DNA of 26,959 nt. It comes from a virus (lineage: Duplodnaviria; Heunggongvirae; Uroviricota; Caudoviricetes). The position numbers and the translations under genes were made by a program. The DNA lies in the IMG/VR virus record IMGVR_UViG_3300033069_001022, positions 1-26,959 of that record. One strand, 5' to 3'. This document shows positions 8,945 to 17,870 of this stretch, in pieces; position 1 is the first letter of the stretch; every line of letters begins with the position of its first letter. The notes under the pieces were generated by a model that was not told the DNA's origin, did no database searches, and saw only the letters and a program-made list of their open reading frames with translations.

Positions 8945-9775
8945 CTATGCGTTACGGAGTTTAGCAATCTTTTTACTTACTGCAAACACCTCGGCGTTGA
9001 CTACAAGAAACTTATTATACTTTCTTGGAAGAGAATAATTAGAATTTTTATACATATTATCAAGAAATGTCTTACAATCAGATATATTCTCAATATCCAG
9101 TCTCCAACAATTTCCTTGTTTTCTTAGTTTACCTACTTTAGTAAATTTATGTATATCTTCTAATATTTGTCTATCCCCATTAGACAGACATATTCTACAA
9201 GTTTTATAACCATTCTTAGTGACTTTTATACCTAAATGACCATCTCCATCAAAATAACCTCTGATAAAATGCCATTTCAAACTGTCTTCTATTTTTGGAA
9301 GATTAATAGGTTTAAAAGTCTTTCTCTCTACTATACCATATCTAGCTAAATCTGATACTATTTTTTCAGAAGAAATTCTTAAAATCATCTGATTTTGTCT
9401 ATTCTTGGCTCCTTTAGTATTATGATTTGTTTTAATAAGAGAATCAGGTGATATTACACTCCTAAATAGATTTATTATATATAAATCTTGTTCAGCAATA
9501 CATAGTCCAAATCTTCCTTTATCATAAACACAACCATCCGCTACTAAAAACCCTAAAAGATATGCTTTAATTTCACTATCTATAACACTAAATATAGTAT
9601 GGTCTTTTTCTATTTTTCTAACTTGTACATTATATTCTATTCCTAGTTTTCTCAAAGCTCTACCAACTGATGAAGGACAGACATTATATTTGTCTGCCAA
9701 CATATTCAGTGTAAATCCTTGATTGTTAAGCTCTTGTATAGTTTCTTTATTATAAATTGGGCTTTGCTTTTTCAT
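8945..9775 (-). CDS. intron-encoded double-motif LAGLIDADG homing endonuclease
   Basis: AYLLGFLVADGCV and HFIRGYFDGDGHL; probable start ATG 9775 (MKKQ), downstream of an internal promoter; C-terminus overlaps the ribozyme core. Confidence 0.88.
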   Translation of the reverse strand: MKKQSPIYNKETIQELNNQGFTLNMLADKYNVCPSSVGRALRKLGIEYNVQVRKIEKDHTIFSVIDSEIKAYLLGFLVADGCVYDKGRFGLCIAEQDLYIINLFRSVISPDSLIKTNHNTKGAKNRQNQMILRISSEKIVSDLARYGIVERKTFKPINLPKIEDSLKWHFIRGYFDGDGHLGIKVTKNGYKTCRICLSNGDRQILEDIHKFTKVGKLRKQGNCWRLDIENISDCKTFLDNMYKNSNYSLPRKYNKFLVVNAEVFAVSKKIAKLRNA

Positions 9776-9792
9776 TTTTCCGTAATTATACC

Positions 9793-9824
9793 CAAAGCTA
9801 CAACAAATATTTGAAACTACCAAA
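9793..9824 (-). promoter_or_regulatory. Bacteroidota promoter inside the rIIB intron
   Basis: TTTG (9824-9821), N20, TAGCTTTG (9800-9793). Confidence 0.7.
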
Positions 9825-9886
9825 TATTTTCACCGATATTTTCCAATTTTCTTTAATTTATTACTAAATTAAGGGGCTACACATTA

Positions 9887-10913
9887 ACCCAGCAGAACAA
9901 TCTTCTCTACTATCAATATCTACCTCTTCTTCAGGAATAGAATATACTGCCCCAATTCTAATATCCATAGTACGAGTATGAGCATCTGTATATCTGTTTT
10001 CTTCTAAAGAACCTAGATTGTTATATAACTCCTGTAGATTACCCATATTATGACCAATCCCATCACTTTGTTGAATTGGTTCTCCTTTGTATAAAGTAAA
10101 TGAGCCATCATCTTCTCCCCATACATAATAATTAGCAGGAGATTTCTTCCACTTTTTAACTTTAAAATATTCTGTAGAAACAAATTTACTTAATTCTTTA
10201 TCACTTTCTCCTACAGATACTATACCTCTATACATGATAAGATTACCAAGAGAAGTTATTCTAATATCTTGATTTCTAATAAATTTAAGAGCATCCTCTC
10301 TGCTACTTTCAATAGGATTTAAAGCAAGTTTAAAAGTAAACAGTTCCAAGGAGTTATATTGAGTCAAAAGTTCTTCATACTCCCTTCCACTATATAATGG
10401 ATCTATCCATGCAAGATTCATTTTTTCTACAATCTCTATAAAAGCAGCTATTATAACTGCTGGTAAAGGCATAGGAAGTTTTTTAAGATAAATTTCATTG
10501 TCTTTTACTTCAAAATCAGGATGATTTTCAAGACAACCCCATTCTTCCCTAACTAATTCTTTTTCTTGCCTGGTTTCCACATTGTCTACACTAGTAATAA
10601 TAACTTCTTTTGGTAAGAATAAACTAATAATATCACTTACACTATAACAGTTCTTTACTTTCTCATATAATTCCTTACCACCTGCACTATCACTAAATAC
10701 AGTACCATCATGTAAAGTAACAAATACAGCCTGGTCTATAACCATAAGCTTCTTGTACAATTTCTGCTTAATTTCTAAGCTTTCCTTAATTTGCTCATCT
10801 ACACTAGCAAGTTGTTTCTCCAACAGAGAGGCTCTCATCTCTTCATTTTTTACCTGTTGTTCAAGTAATTTCTTTCTTTTTGGGCTTAATAGCCAGTCAA
10901 AATTAAAATTCAT
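9887..10913 (-). CDS. rIIB: rIIB-like protein, exon 1
   Basis: Follows rIIA; G..IMYRGIV, YTDAHT.TMDIRIG.VYS.P..EVD.D...DCSAG motifs; the track's terminal MCSPLI* is intron read-through. Confidence 0.85.
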
Positions 10914-10915
10914 AA

Positions 10916-11143
10916 TTAGTATATTTCTGTTTGTTTATAATTTAATAACTCTCGTAATTCCTCTATTTCACTGTTCTTTTCATCTATTTCATTCTTTAAG
11001 TCATTTATAGTGTCTTCCAAATCATCTATTTTAGAATCCTTATCAGCTATCTCATCTTTTAAATTACTACATTCATCCCTTAACTCTTCGTTTTCACTCT
11101 CAAGATTATCTACTGCATCTATAATATCATCTTTATACGACAT
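10916..11143 (-). CDS. acidic coiled-coil protein with TEIY tail
   Basis: Heptad-like D/E-rich repeats (LESENEEL..L.DEI..KD..I.DLEDTI.DL..EI); lies between rIIA and rIIB. Confidence 0.7.
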   Translation of the reverse strand: MSYKDDIIDAVDNLESENEELRDECSNLKDEIADKDSKIDDLEDTINDLKNEIDEKNSEIEELRELLNYKQTEIY

Positions 11144-13415
11144 TTACAAGTCCCTCCTCTACTTCTACTGTATATTGAACAGCTTGGTCTTCGTAAACTT
11201 CATCAGGTACTTTTAAAGTTAATTCCATATCTGTAACCATTTGATGATTAATTTTCTGCCATTTTAACATGATATATACTAGATTTTTAGCAATTCTCAG
11301 ATGTTCTTCATTATAATTTCTTTCTAAGTTAACAAGGGATAAAAAACCAAACTTACCCATAATTTCCCTAAACTCTTTAACATCTGAATAGATAGTATGA
11401 TCCCATAAATTTGCTTCCTTAGATACTTCTAGTACCATATTAACAATATCTCTTGAAGCACGTATATAATGTTCCTCTTTATATTCCTCAAGCTTTTCTT
11501 TTAATTTTTCATACTTAGGAAATGCTTTATATATTATCTCCTCATTATCTGGTACAACATCTAATACATCATTTATAAGAGCTGCTGTAGCAAATCTGGC
11601 AAAAGGCTTACTTTTTGTGAATTCTTCCATATTTTTAAAATTCTTTAATTTATCAATATATTTTATTTCTCTAGGACTAATAAATATAAATCTTACATTT
11701 GGAAACATAGAAACATAATGCTGTAAATATGCTTGGGCCTTGTCTACCAGTATATGTAATTTTCCTAATTTGTGTAAATTGGCTATATCTACAACTGTTT
11801 TGTCAAAAACTACTCCACTATCTGCTCTAGAACTATCCCTTGCTATATTTAGAGTAATTTGTCCTTTTTGTTTGTTAAGAGGAATATAATTACCTGTAAT
11901 TATACCTTTTTCTCTGTTTTCTTTTGCTTTTAATTTCTTATCTGCTAACCAATCTATGTACTCCTGTTTATTTTCCAAACCTGTTTCATCATTCCATCTA
12001 CTACATATTTGATTATTAACAAATTGAAACTCTTTTATTAAATCTCTCCACTTTTCTTTACCGACACTCCTTAAAAATAGATGTTGTATATACCAATATA
12101 GATTTTTAGGAGGATTTCTTTCTATATATACAATTCGTTTCCCATACTTTTCTCTTAGAAATTGTTTTAAATTGCCATTTAGATTAAAATCTATTAAAAC
12201 AACATTTTTAGGAAGATCTATTGACATATTAGTAAGCTCATAAACTATGTGCTTTTTCTGCCATATTCCTTTATGATTTTCATAAGCTACAACATTATAA
12301 TGTTGTAAAATTTTAGCAAAATTATCCTTATAAAATTTAGGAGACATTAAAGAAATACCTTCAATTTTTGGTTGAGAAACAGATTTTGTAGAAAGTGGTA
12401 TAATACTATCTATACAGAAATTCTTTTCATTAATCATAACATCATGACTATATTTATTAATGTGGTCAAATGCTTCTGGAAATGTCTTGAATTCTGCAAT
12501 TTCTTCATTATACTTATCTACAAACCAGTCAGCTACTTTGGTTATTTTCTCCAAAATCAGAGCTTTGGACTCTGGTGTAAACATTAAGCTTTCCCTGGAT
12601 ATAGTTGGATTAATCTTGTCACTTAACTCCAACTTAATAGCTACTGGTATATGAACATCAAGTATACCTAGTTTAGAAAAATCCATAGGATAATAAACCT
12701 CTCCTAAACATAGGTGTAGTTTTCTATCAGTAATTACTTCTGACCACTTAAACAGCTCATTTTCATATATTTTATAGTCATTATTAAATCTGGAGTAGTC
12801 ATCTGTTATAAAAGTATTAGAGAAATAAGAAAGTTGTTCTCTTATCTTTTTAGAAAAATAACCAGCATCATGTGGCTTTACCTCTAATATCATTTTTACA
12901 CCATTTGGCTCAGAGGTATCTTGTTCATGTAATAAATCTATTTTATTACCAAATTCTCCTTCATACATAATATAAGTCCTCTCCTTACCATTTTTTCTAC
13001 ATCTAAAAGTAAATGAGTTGGTATAAGCTAAACCACTTTTAAAGCCCACTCCTAAAGCCCCTAATTGTGTATTATCCTGTCTTTTTGTTGAGCAAAGATA
13101 TTTCTTAATAACATTCTCAACATCTTGGTCATCAAGTCCTAAAGCTGTGTCTTCAACAGAGAATTCCCACTTACTATAGCTTAATTTAGTCAAATTAACC
13201 AAAATAGGATTATTAACACCAGCTTTTACATTTGCATCCCATGCATTACTTACCCATTCTCTGATTGGGCTACCAATAGGATCTGAATAGATATTCTTAC
13301 TCAAGAAATTCATAAGAATACCTATACTACTCTCATCTATAACCATGTCAATACTCTGACTGGCTTCACCGTCTAATTCTACTTCTACTTGTTTTTGTTG
13401 ATTTTCTATAATCAT
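11133..13415 (-). CDS. rIIA: rIIA-like protein (N-terminal GHKL/HATPase domain)
   Basis: IYSD...IREWVSNAWDA, EDTALGL, STK..DNTQLGALGVGFKS motifs; 760 aa; upstream of an rIIB-like gene. Confidence 0.88.
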   Translation of the reverse strand: MIIENQQKQVEVELDGEASQSIDMVIDESSIGILMNFLSKNIYSDPIGSPIREWVSNAWDANVKAGVNNPILVNLTKLSYSKWEFSVEDTALGLDDQDVENVIKKYLCSTKRQDNTQLGALGVGFKSGLAYTNSFTFRCRKNGKERTYIMYEGEFGNKIDLLHEQDTSEPNGVKMILEVKPHDAGYFSKKIREQLSYFSNTFITDDYSRFNNDYKIYENELFKWSEVITDRKLHLCLGEVYYPMDFSKLGILDVHIPVAIKLELSDKINPTISRESLMFTPESKALILEKITKVADWFVDKYNEEIAEFKTFPEAFDHINKYSHDVMINEKNFCIDSIIPLSTKSVSQPKIEGISLMSPKFYKDNFAKILQHYNVVAYENHKGIWQKKHIVYELTNMSIDLPKNVVLIDFNLNGNLKQFLREKYGKRIVYIERNPPKNLYWYIQHLFLRSVGKEKWRDLIKEFQFVNNQICSRWNDETGLENKQEYIDWLADKKLKAKENREKGIITGNYIPLNKQKGQITLNIARDSSRADSGVVFDKTVVDIANLHKLGKLHILVDKAQAYLQHYVSMFPNVRFIFISPREIKYIDKLKNFKNMEEFTKSKPFARFATAALINDVLDVVPDNEEIIYKAFPKYEKLKEKLEEYKEEHYIRASRDIVNMVLEVSKEANLWDHTIYSDVKEFREIMGKFGFLSLVNLERNYNEEHLRIAKNLVYIMLKWQKINHQMVTDMELTLKVPDEVYEDQAVQYTVEVEEGLVNVV

Positions 13416-13427
13416 ATATTAACTATT

Positions 13428-13589
13428 TTAAGTATCATCCCAACATTTACAGTTAGGGTCTTCTGTTCCACAATGTTTACAATAAGGCTTCATTATCTCA
13501 CTTATAAACTCTACTCTTTTTTCTTCTGTAATCTCTTCTAGCATTAACTTAACAGCTTTTATTATATCTTCGTATGTATAGCATATCAT
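13428..13589 (-). CDS. small hypothetical protein with C-terminal CxxC...CxC
   Basis: Probable start ATG 13589 just after the upstream stop; YCKHCG..DPNCKC. Confidence 0.55.
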   Translation of the reverse strand: MICYTYEDIIKAVKLMLEEITEEKRVEFISEIMKPYCKHCGTEDPNCKCWDDT

Positions 13590-13590
13590 A

Positions 13591-14016
13591 TTAAATAGAT
13601 TGTAATGCGGCAATATTATTAAATTCAAATTCTTCCAATAATCTAACTGTTAAGTAACAAAAAGTTTTAGGACATCTGGTTTGCATAGAGGATAAACCAG
13701 TTCCAACTCCTTGAAAAGGGAAACAATATGCTTTAAAACCTTTCTCTTCAGCATATCTTTTTATCTTTAAAATTTCCTCTTCTATTATTTTACAGTTATC
13801 TTCATACTCTGTATCAGTGAAAAAATCTTCAGGTTTCATTCCAGGCTCTTTTTTAGTAGCTATGCCAATAGAATTAACCTGTCCTCTTATAACTGCCTGA
13901 CCAGCTTCTCCTACTCTAAGTAGATTATCCCCAAATATAAATAAAGTCTCAAAGTTTATTCTACATTGTTCTATAGAAAAGAACTTACTTACCATTGTCT
14001 CCATCTTCTTTGTCAT
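13591..14016 (-). CDS. Macro-domain-like phage protein (tentative)
   Basis: FIFGDN...G.AGQA.IRG..NSIGIATK and FP..GVGTGLS glycine-rich loops resemble Macro/ADP-ribose-binding folds; start may be ATG 13995. Confidence 0.45.
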   Translation of the reverse strand: MTKKMETMVSKFFSIEQCRINFETLFIFGDNLLRVGEAGQAVIRGQVNSIGIATKKEPGMKPEDFFTDTEYEDNCKIIEEEILKIKRYAEEKGFKAYCFPFQGVGTGLSSMQTRCPKTFCYLTVRLLEEFEFNNIAALQSI

Positions 14017-14203
14017 AATTAAATTTTAATTGTTTAAACATTGCAGAACTATAGGGATCTTCTTCCCTTACCTCTAAATCTCTAATATGTTTCCCAATAG
14101 CAGAAGCTAATTCATAAGTATCTTTATACTTACCAATATATCTTGTATTAGGTATTGAGTTTAAAGCTAATAAAGCTTCTTTTAACATTTCTAATGTTGT
14201 CAT
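13985..14203 (-). CDS. hypothetical protein
   Basis: 72-aa ORF in a packed small-gene cluster. Confidence 0.6.
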   Translation of the reverse strand: MTTLEMLKEALLALNSIPNTRYIGKYKDTYELASAIGKHIRDLEVREEDPYSSAMFKQLKFNYDKEDGDNGK

Positions 14204-14412
14204 AGTATTACTAAATTGTCTAAATCCTCGTCTAAAAAAATTAAATTATCTTTTTCCCCATCAAAATCTTCTTTTTTTATCATATATTCAATTACTTTTT
14301 CTAAAGTAATTTTCTTATTAGATAGAAAAGTCCATATCCCAGGGGCATTATTGTAAAACTCTACTAATACTTTTTGTTGATACTTAGCAGTATTTATAAT
14401 CTCTTTGTCCAT
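14200..14412 (-). CDS. hypothetical protein
   Basis: 70-aa ORF with ATGA overlap. Confidence 0.6.
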   Translation of the reverse strand: MDKEIINTAKYQQKVLVEFYNNAPGIWTFLSNKKITLEKVIEYMIKKEDFDGEKDNLIFLDEDLDNLVIL

Positions 14413-14638
14413 CTTTCCAAGGATTTTCTGTTATGAAATAATTCATCCTATCTATATAATGCCATCCAGGAGATATATAACATTTTCCTCCACAATCCAG
14501 CAAAGTCCAAATATGCTTTGGTTTAGTATTTTTAACTACTTCATATTGTTCACCATAAGTCTCCCAAAGAATATTATCTTTAGAACTTTCCATTGGTTTA
14601 AATTTATCAAACCATACTTCAAAATCTGATCTTCTCAT
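14384..14638 (-). CDS. hypothetical phage protein
   Basis: Probable start ATG 14638 (MRRSDF); WETYG..IWTLLD..ISPGWHYIDRMNYFITENPW aromatic-rich domain. Confidence 0.65.
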   Translation of the reverse strand: MRRSDFEVWFDKFKPMESSKDNILWETYGEQYEVVKNTKPKHIWTLLDCGGKCYISPGWHYIDRMNYFITENPWKDGQRDYKYC

Positions 14639-14879
14639 TATTTTCTTTTTTAGTACCATACATAGATTTGTAATAACCAACATTATCCCATGTTATTCCA
14701 TAATTAGCATCATGATTATTAATCATAGCTACAAGAGCTTCTTGAGCTTGTTCTTCTGTAATATCATAATCGTCTTCCAAATCTATAAAATCTATTACAC
14801 ACCATTTAATAGATTCTTTTTGATATTGCTTAAATTCCTTAAGTAAATCATGATATGCTTTTTTATAATTTGTTCTCAT
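14619..14879 (-). CDS. hypothetical protein
   Basis: 86-aa ORF in the cluster. Confidence 0.6.
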   Translation of the reverse strand: MRTNYKKAYHDLLKEFKQYQKESIKWCVIDFIDLEDDYDITEEQAQEALVAMINNHDANYGITWDNVGYYKSMYGTKKENNEKIRF

Positions 14880-14881
14880 TT

Positions 14882-15139
14882 TTATAAATTTACATTACTC
14901 CACATAATAATTACTTCAAAACCACTACCATTATCATAACTGCCATAATCCAGATACATATCTACATCTTTATCCTTAGCCCCATGACTAGTAGCTAACT
15001 CAATAAAATCTTTTTCTGCTTGAGCTACTTGCCTTTTCTCATCTATTTTATTCATTATAATATAACTATTTACATCTTCTAAAAGACCATTTCTTAATGT
15101 TATAACATTAATTACTTCTAATTCTTCTACTTTTTTCAT
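14882..15139 (-). CDS. hypothetical protein
   Basis: 85-aa ORF in the cluster. Confidence 0.6.
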   Translation of the reverse strand: MKKVEELEVINVITLRNGLLEDVNSYIIMNKIDEKRQVAQAEKDFIELATSHGAKDKDVDMYLDYGSYDNGSGFEVIIMWSNVNL

Positions 15140-15492
15140 ATTTTCTTTTTTCCTTTGTTATGTGGAATATTTCCTTTGCGGAAAGTTTGATGGTTTGCAA
15201 ATGTTAATCCATTACCACTTCTTTTGTTAAACAAATTACAACCTATAACTTTAAAGTAACTAATCCAGAATTCTTCGGCTTTTTGCCATTCTTCTAAACT
15301 TACTTGTTCCAATACTTCCAATATAGGCTTTCGTTTAGCCAATTTAAGTTTTTTGATCCACATGGCTTTCTCATAAACTACTCCTCTCATATCTTGCATA
15401 TGGTCTATTAATCTTCTCTCTGGATTATTGGCTTTTCCTATATACTTTAACATATTATCCAAAGGACATATTAATCCGTAAATATAAGTCAT
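15136..15492 (-). CDS. GIY-YIG endonuclease with short NUMOD-like tail
   Basis: YIYGL..LKYIGKA...RR..H...E..WI; C-terminal FRKGNIPHNKG. Confidence 0.7.
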   Translation of the reverse strand: MTYIYGLICPLDNMLKYIGKANNPERRLIDHMQDMRGVVYEKAMWIKKLKLAKRKPILEVLEQVSLEEWQKAEEFWISYFKVIGCNLFNKRSGNGLTFANHQTFRKGNIPHNKGKKKI

Positions 15493-15917
15493 AATTCTTT
15501 CTTTAATAGTTCTAAAACTCTTTCCTTAGATATATTTTTTTCCAATATTTCAACACCTGCATATCCAGAACATTCTTCTATAACATAATTAAACACTCCT
15601 TCTCTAAATCTTATGACCCAATAATCTTCTGTATCACTATCCCATTTTACTTCCCACCTAAAATTATGTGGATACATTCCCAACCATAGAGTATGTTTAG
15701 GATTTGATATACTAATTATAAAATCAAATAAATCTTGTCCATACAGGAGTATAAAGTCCTTCTGATTTCTTAATATAGTTTCATTAGATTGTTTTGTTAT
15801 CTTATCTGATATAGCTCTTAACCTCTCTTCTGATTTTTTAGTAGGTTTGTATTCATTTTCTATAACAGCTTCTAATAACTCTTTACCATCTGCCCCAACA
15901 TACATTTTATAATTCAT
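15489..15917 (-). CDS. hypothetical protein
   Basis: 142-aa ORF with ATGA overlap. Confidence 0.65.
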   Translation of the reverse strand: MNYKMYVGADGKELLEAVIENEYKPTKKSEERLRAISDKITKQSNETILRNQKDFILLYGQDLFDFIISISNPKHTLWLGMYPHNFRWEVKWDSDTEDYWVIRFREGVFNYVIEECSGYAGVEILEKNISKERVLELLKKEL

Positions 15918-15927
15918 AATTATTTAT

Positions 15928-16656
15928 TTAAAAAGGTACTTCACTGTCTAACCACTCTAAATCTATATTATTCATAGCTTTTAAGTCTTTAGCAGCCTTT
16001 GAAAAAACATGATTATGTTCCATTTTTCTACTTGCATAAGAAGCAGCAACTGGGTGTTCACATTTATATATCTTATGTATAAAAGGATCAGTATATTGCT
16101 CAAGTTCCTGAGCAGCTTTCCCCATTAGTATAAAGATACTGGGTTTAACAAACAGAATCTTCTCAAACACTTGTTTCCAAAAAGGTTTCCACAATTCTAT
16201 ATGTGAATCAGGTCTGTCTTTTATACAAGTAAGCCCTGCATTACAAAGCATAACTCCTTGGTTAACAAGATATTTTAAGGATTTCTCCTTTTTATCTCTT
16301 TCTAAAGCTAAACCATTGTAACAATCATCTTCCATAGCATCATATAACTTCTCTAAGGAAGGACTTATTTTTCCATATTGGGAACAGTCAAATGCCAAAC
16401 CAGATGCTTTCTTCATACCCAGAATTACCTGTGGATAAGGAGACATACCCATTAAAACCACATTAATCTTATTCAAATCTATCTCAAAAGCCTTAAACAC
16501 ATTCTGACTATCTGGGGTTATCTTATATTTTTGACCATCTTCTTTTAATTTCTGATAAATCTCATACACTTCTGAACTCTCTATGATTTCTTTCATTTGA
16601 GAATGCCATGAAGAATGAAATTTATCAGAAAATTTTGACCAATCAAGTTTACTCAT
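15928..16656 (-). CDS. ung: uracil-DNA glycosylase family 1-like (divergent motif A)
   Basis: VFKAF, VVLMGMSPYP (canonical GQDPYH), ASGLAF, QGVMLCNAGLT, SH..LW..F, ILMG..AQ, EHP..ASY, FSKA. Confidence 0.8.
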   Translation of the reverse strand: MSKLDWSKFSDKFHSSWHSQMKEIIESSEVYEIYQKLKEDGQKYKITPDSQNVFKAFEIDLNKINVVLMGMSPYPQVILGMKKASGLAFDCSQYGKISPSLEKLYDAMEDDCYNGLALERDKKEKSLKYLVNQGVMLCNAGLTCIKDRPDSHIELWKPFWKQVFEKILFVKPSIFILMGKAAQELEQYTDPFIHKIYKCEHPVAASYASRKMEHNHVFSKAAKDLKAMNNIDLEWLDSEVPF

Positions 16657-16897
16657 CTCCTAATACTATTTCTAAACTATCACAATCATAATTTATTCTT
16701 ATTTCCCAAGGTATTTCTTGTTTTTCAGTAACTTTTACAATAGTATTTATTATACTTGAATTATAATTATCTTCTAAATCACTGATACACAATTTATCAT
16801 CTCTGAATTTTACATTAAAATCACAGCTACCTTTTTCATCTCTTATTTTACCTAGTATTTCAGGTAATTTACTTAACAAAGTTTTTTGATTAAACAT
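16649..16897 (-). CDS. hypothetical protein
   Basis: 82-aa ORF between primase and ung. Confidence 0.6.
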   Translation of the reverse strand: MFNQKTLLSKLPEILGKIRDEKGSCDFNVKFRDDKLCISDLEDNYNSSIINTIVKVTEKQEIPWEIRINYDCDSLEIVLGDE

Positions 16898-16898
16898 A

Positions 16899-17870
16899 TT
16901 ATATTATTTTTTTATATTTTAACAATTTTTCCAATTCTTTTAATCCATATTTACTGGCTAAACTAAAAAAATCATTTACTTCAGGAAGATACTCATTAGG
17001 TGGATTTATCCAACCCCAACCAAATTCTTTTGTAATAGTTATGGATTTCTTCTTACCATCATCATCACTACCATAAGCAATGTATATATCTGTAGATTTA
17101 TCCATTATCCTTTTAACAGTATTCTCGTCAAATATCTTAACATGCTCCGCTTGTGTAGCTATTACATGTGGATATAGTAATGTAGTTACTATCATATCCT
17201 TTGGACTTTTTTGAATAATAAGTTTATCACAACAATCCAGATTACTGTAATTCCACAAATATCTATAACTTACATTATTTATAAACCTACTTTGCCCTTT
17301 TCTATCAGGAAAATACAGTTTTACTTTATCTTCTTCTGGACAGTAATATGCAAAGACTCTTTCTTTTGGGTCTATATATAGTTTCTTATAGTTTAAAGAA
17401 GCTGATTTAACTGCAAAACAATTAAACTTTTTACACCAATCTTCAGTTACCTCGGCAGAATTCCAGAATTCATGGTGTCTTTTCTGAAAAGGCATGGTTA
17501 TAAAGGATATATGAGCTGGTTTTTTATTTAATTCTGTAGCAGGTGTTGTGTACAAAGCTTTACTAACACTCTGTTTACCTCCAAGTCCAAAATCCCATTT
17601 AATCTTGTCCATAGCTTCCTGAAAAGACAATCCAAAGAGTTTTTTAACAAAATCTATTGCATTACCACTATCTTCAGTTCCTAAGTCTTTAAAGAGCCAA
17701 TTTTTACCATATAAAAAAATCCCAAAAGAGGGACTTTTATCTTTTCTCCAAGGACATCTCATTATTTTTTCTACCTTTCCTATATACTTCATGTATATAT
17801 CGTAACCATTATTGGTGTAGAATAACACATCATCAACTGATAGGAGTTTCTGTCTCTTTTCCCCCTTCAT
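16899..17870 (-). CDS. DNA primase (crAss-like; zinc-binding domain plus TOPRIM-like domain)
   Basis: CPWRKDKSPSF...FKDLGTEDSGNAIDFVKKLFGLSFQEAMDKI (CHC2-type ZBD); KSPKD, YGSDDDG and KEVND-like TOPRIM acidic motifs. Confidence 0.8.
   Translation of the reverse strand: MKGEKRQKLLSVDDVLFYTNNGYDIYMKYIGKVEKIMRCPWRKDKSPSFGIFLYGKNWLFKDLGTEDSGNAIDFVKKLFGLSFQEAMDKIKWDFGLGGKQSVSKALYTTPATELNKKPAHISFITMPFQKRHHEFWNSAEVTEDWCKKFNCFAVKSASLNYKKLYIDPKERVFAYYCPEEDKVKLYFPDRKGQSRFINNVSYRYLWNYSNLDCCDKLIIQKSPKDMIVTTLLYPHVIATQAEHVKIFDENTVKRIMDKSTDIYIAYGSDDDGKKKSITITKEFGWGWINPPNEYLPEVNDFFSLASKYGLKELEKLLKYKKII

Larger units (their letters stand above)
8801..9886 (-). mobile_element. group I intron (1086 nt) in rIIB
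   Basis: 5' splice after U (GGGU); P1 GGGUUA/UAGCCC; P10 AUGUG/UACAU; P4 UCGGU/GCCGA; P7 GCAUA/UAUGC; terminal G; removal restores a 463-aa frame. Confidence 0.9.
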
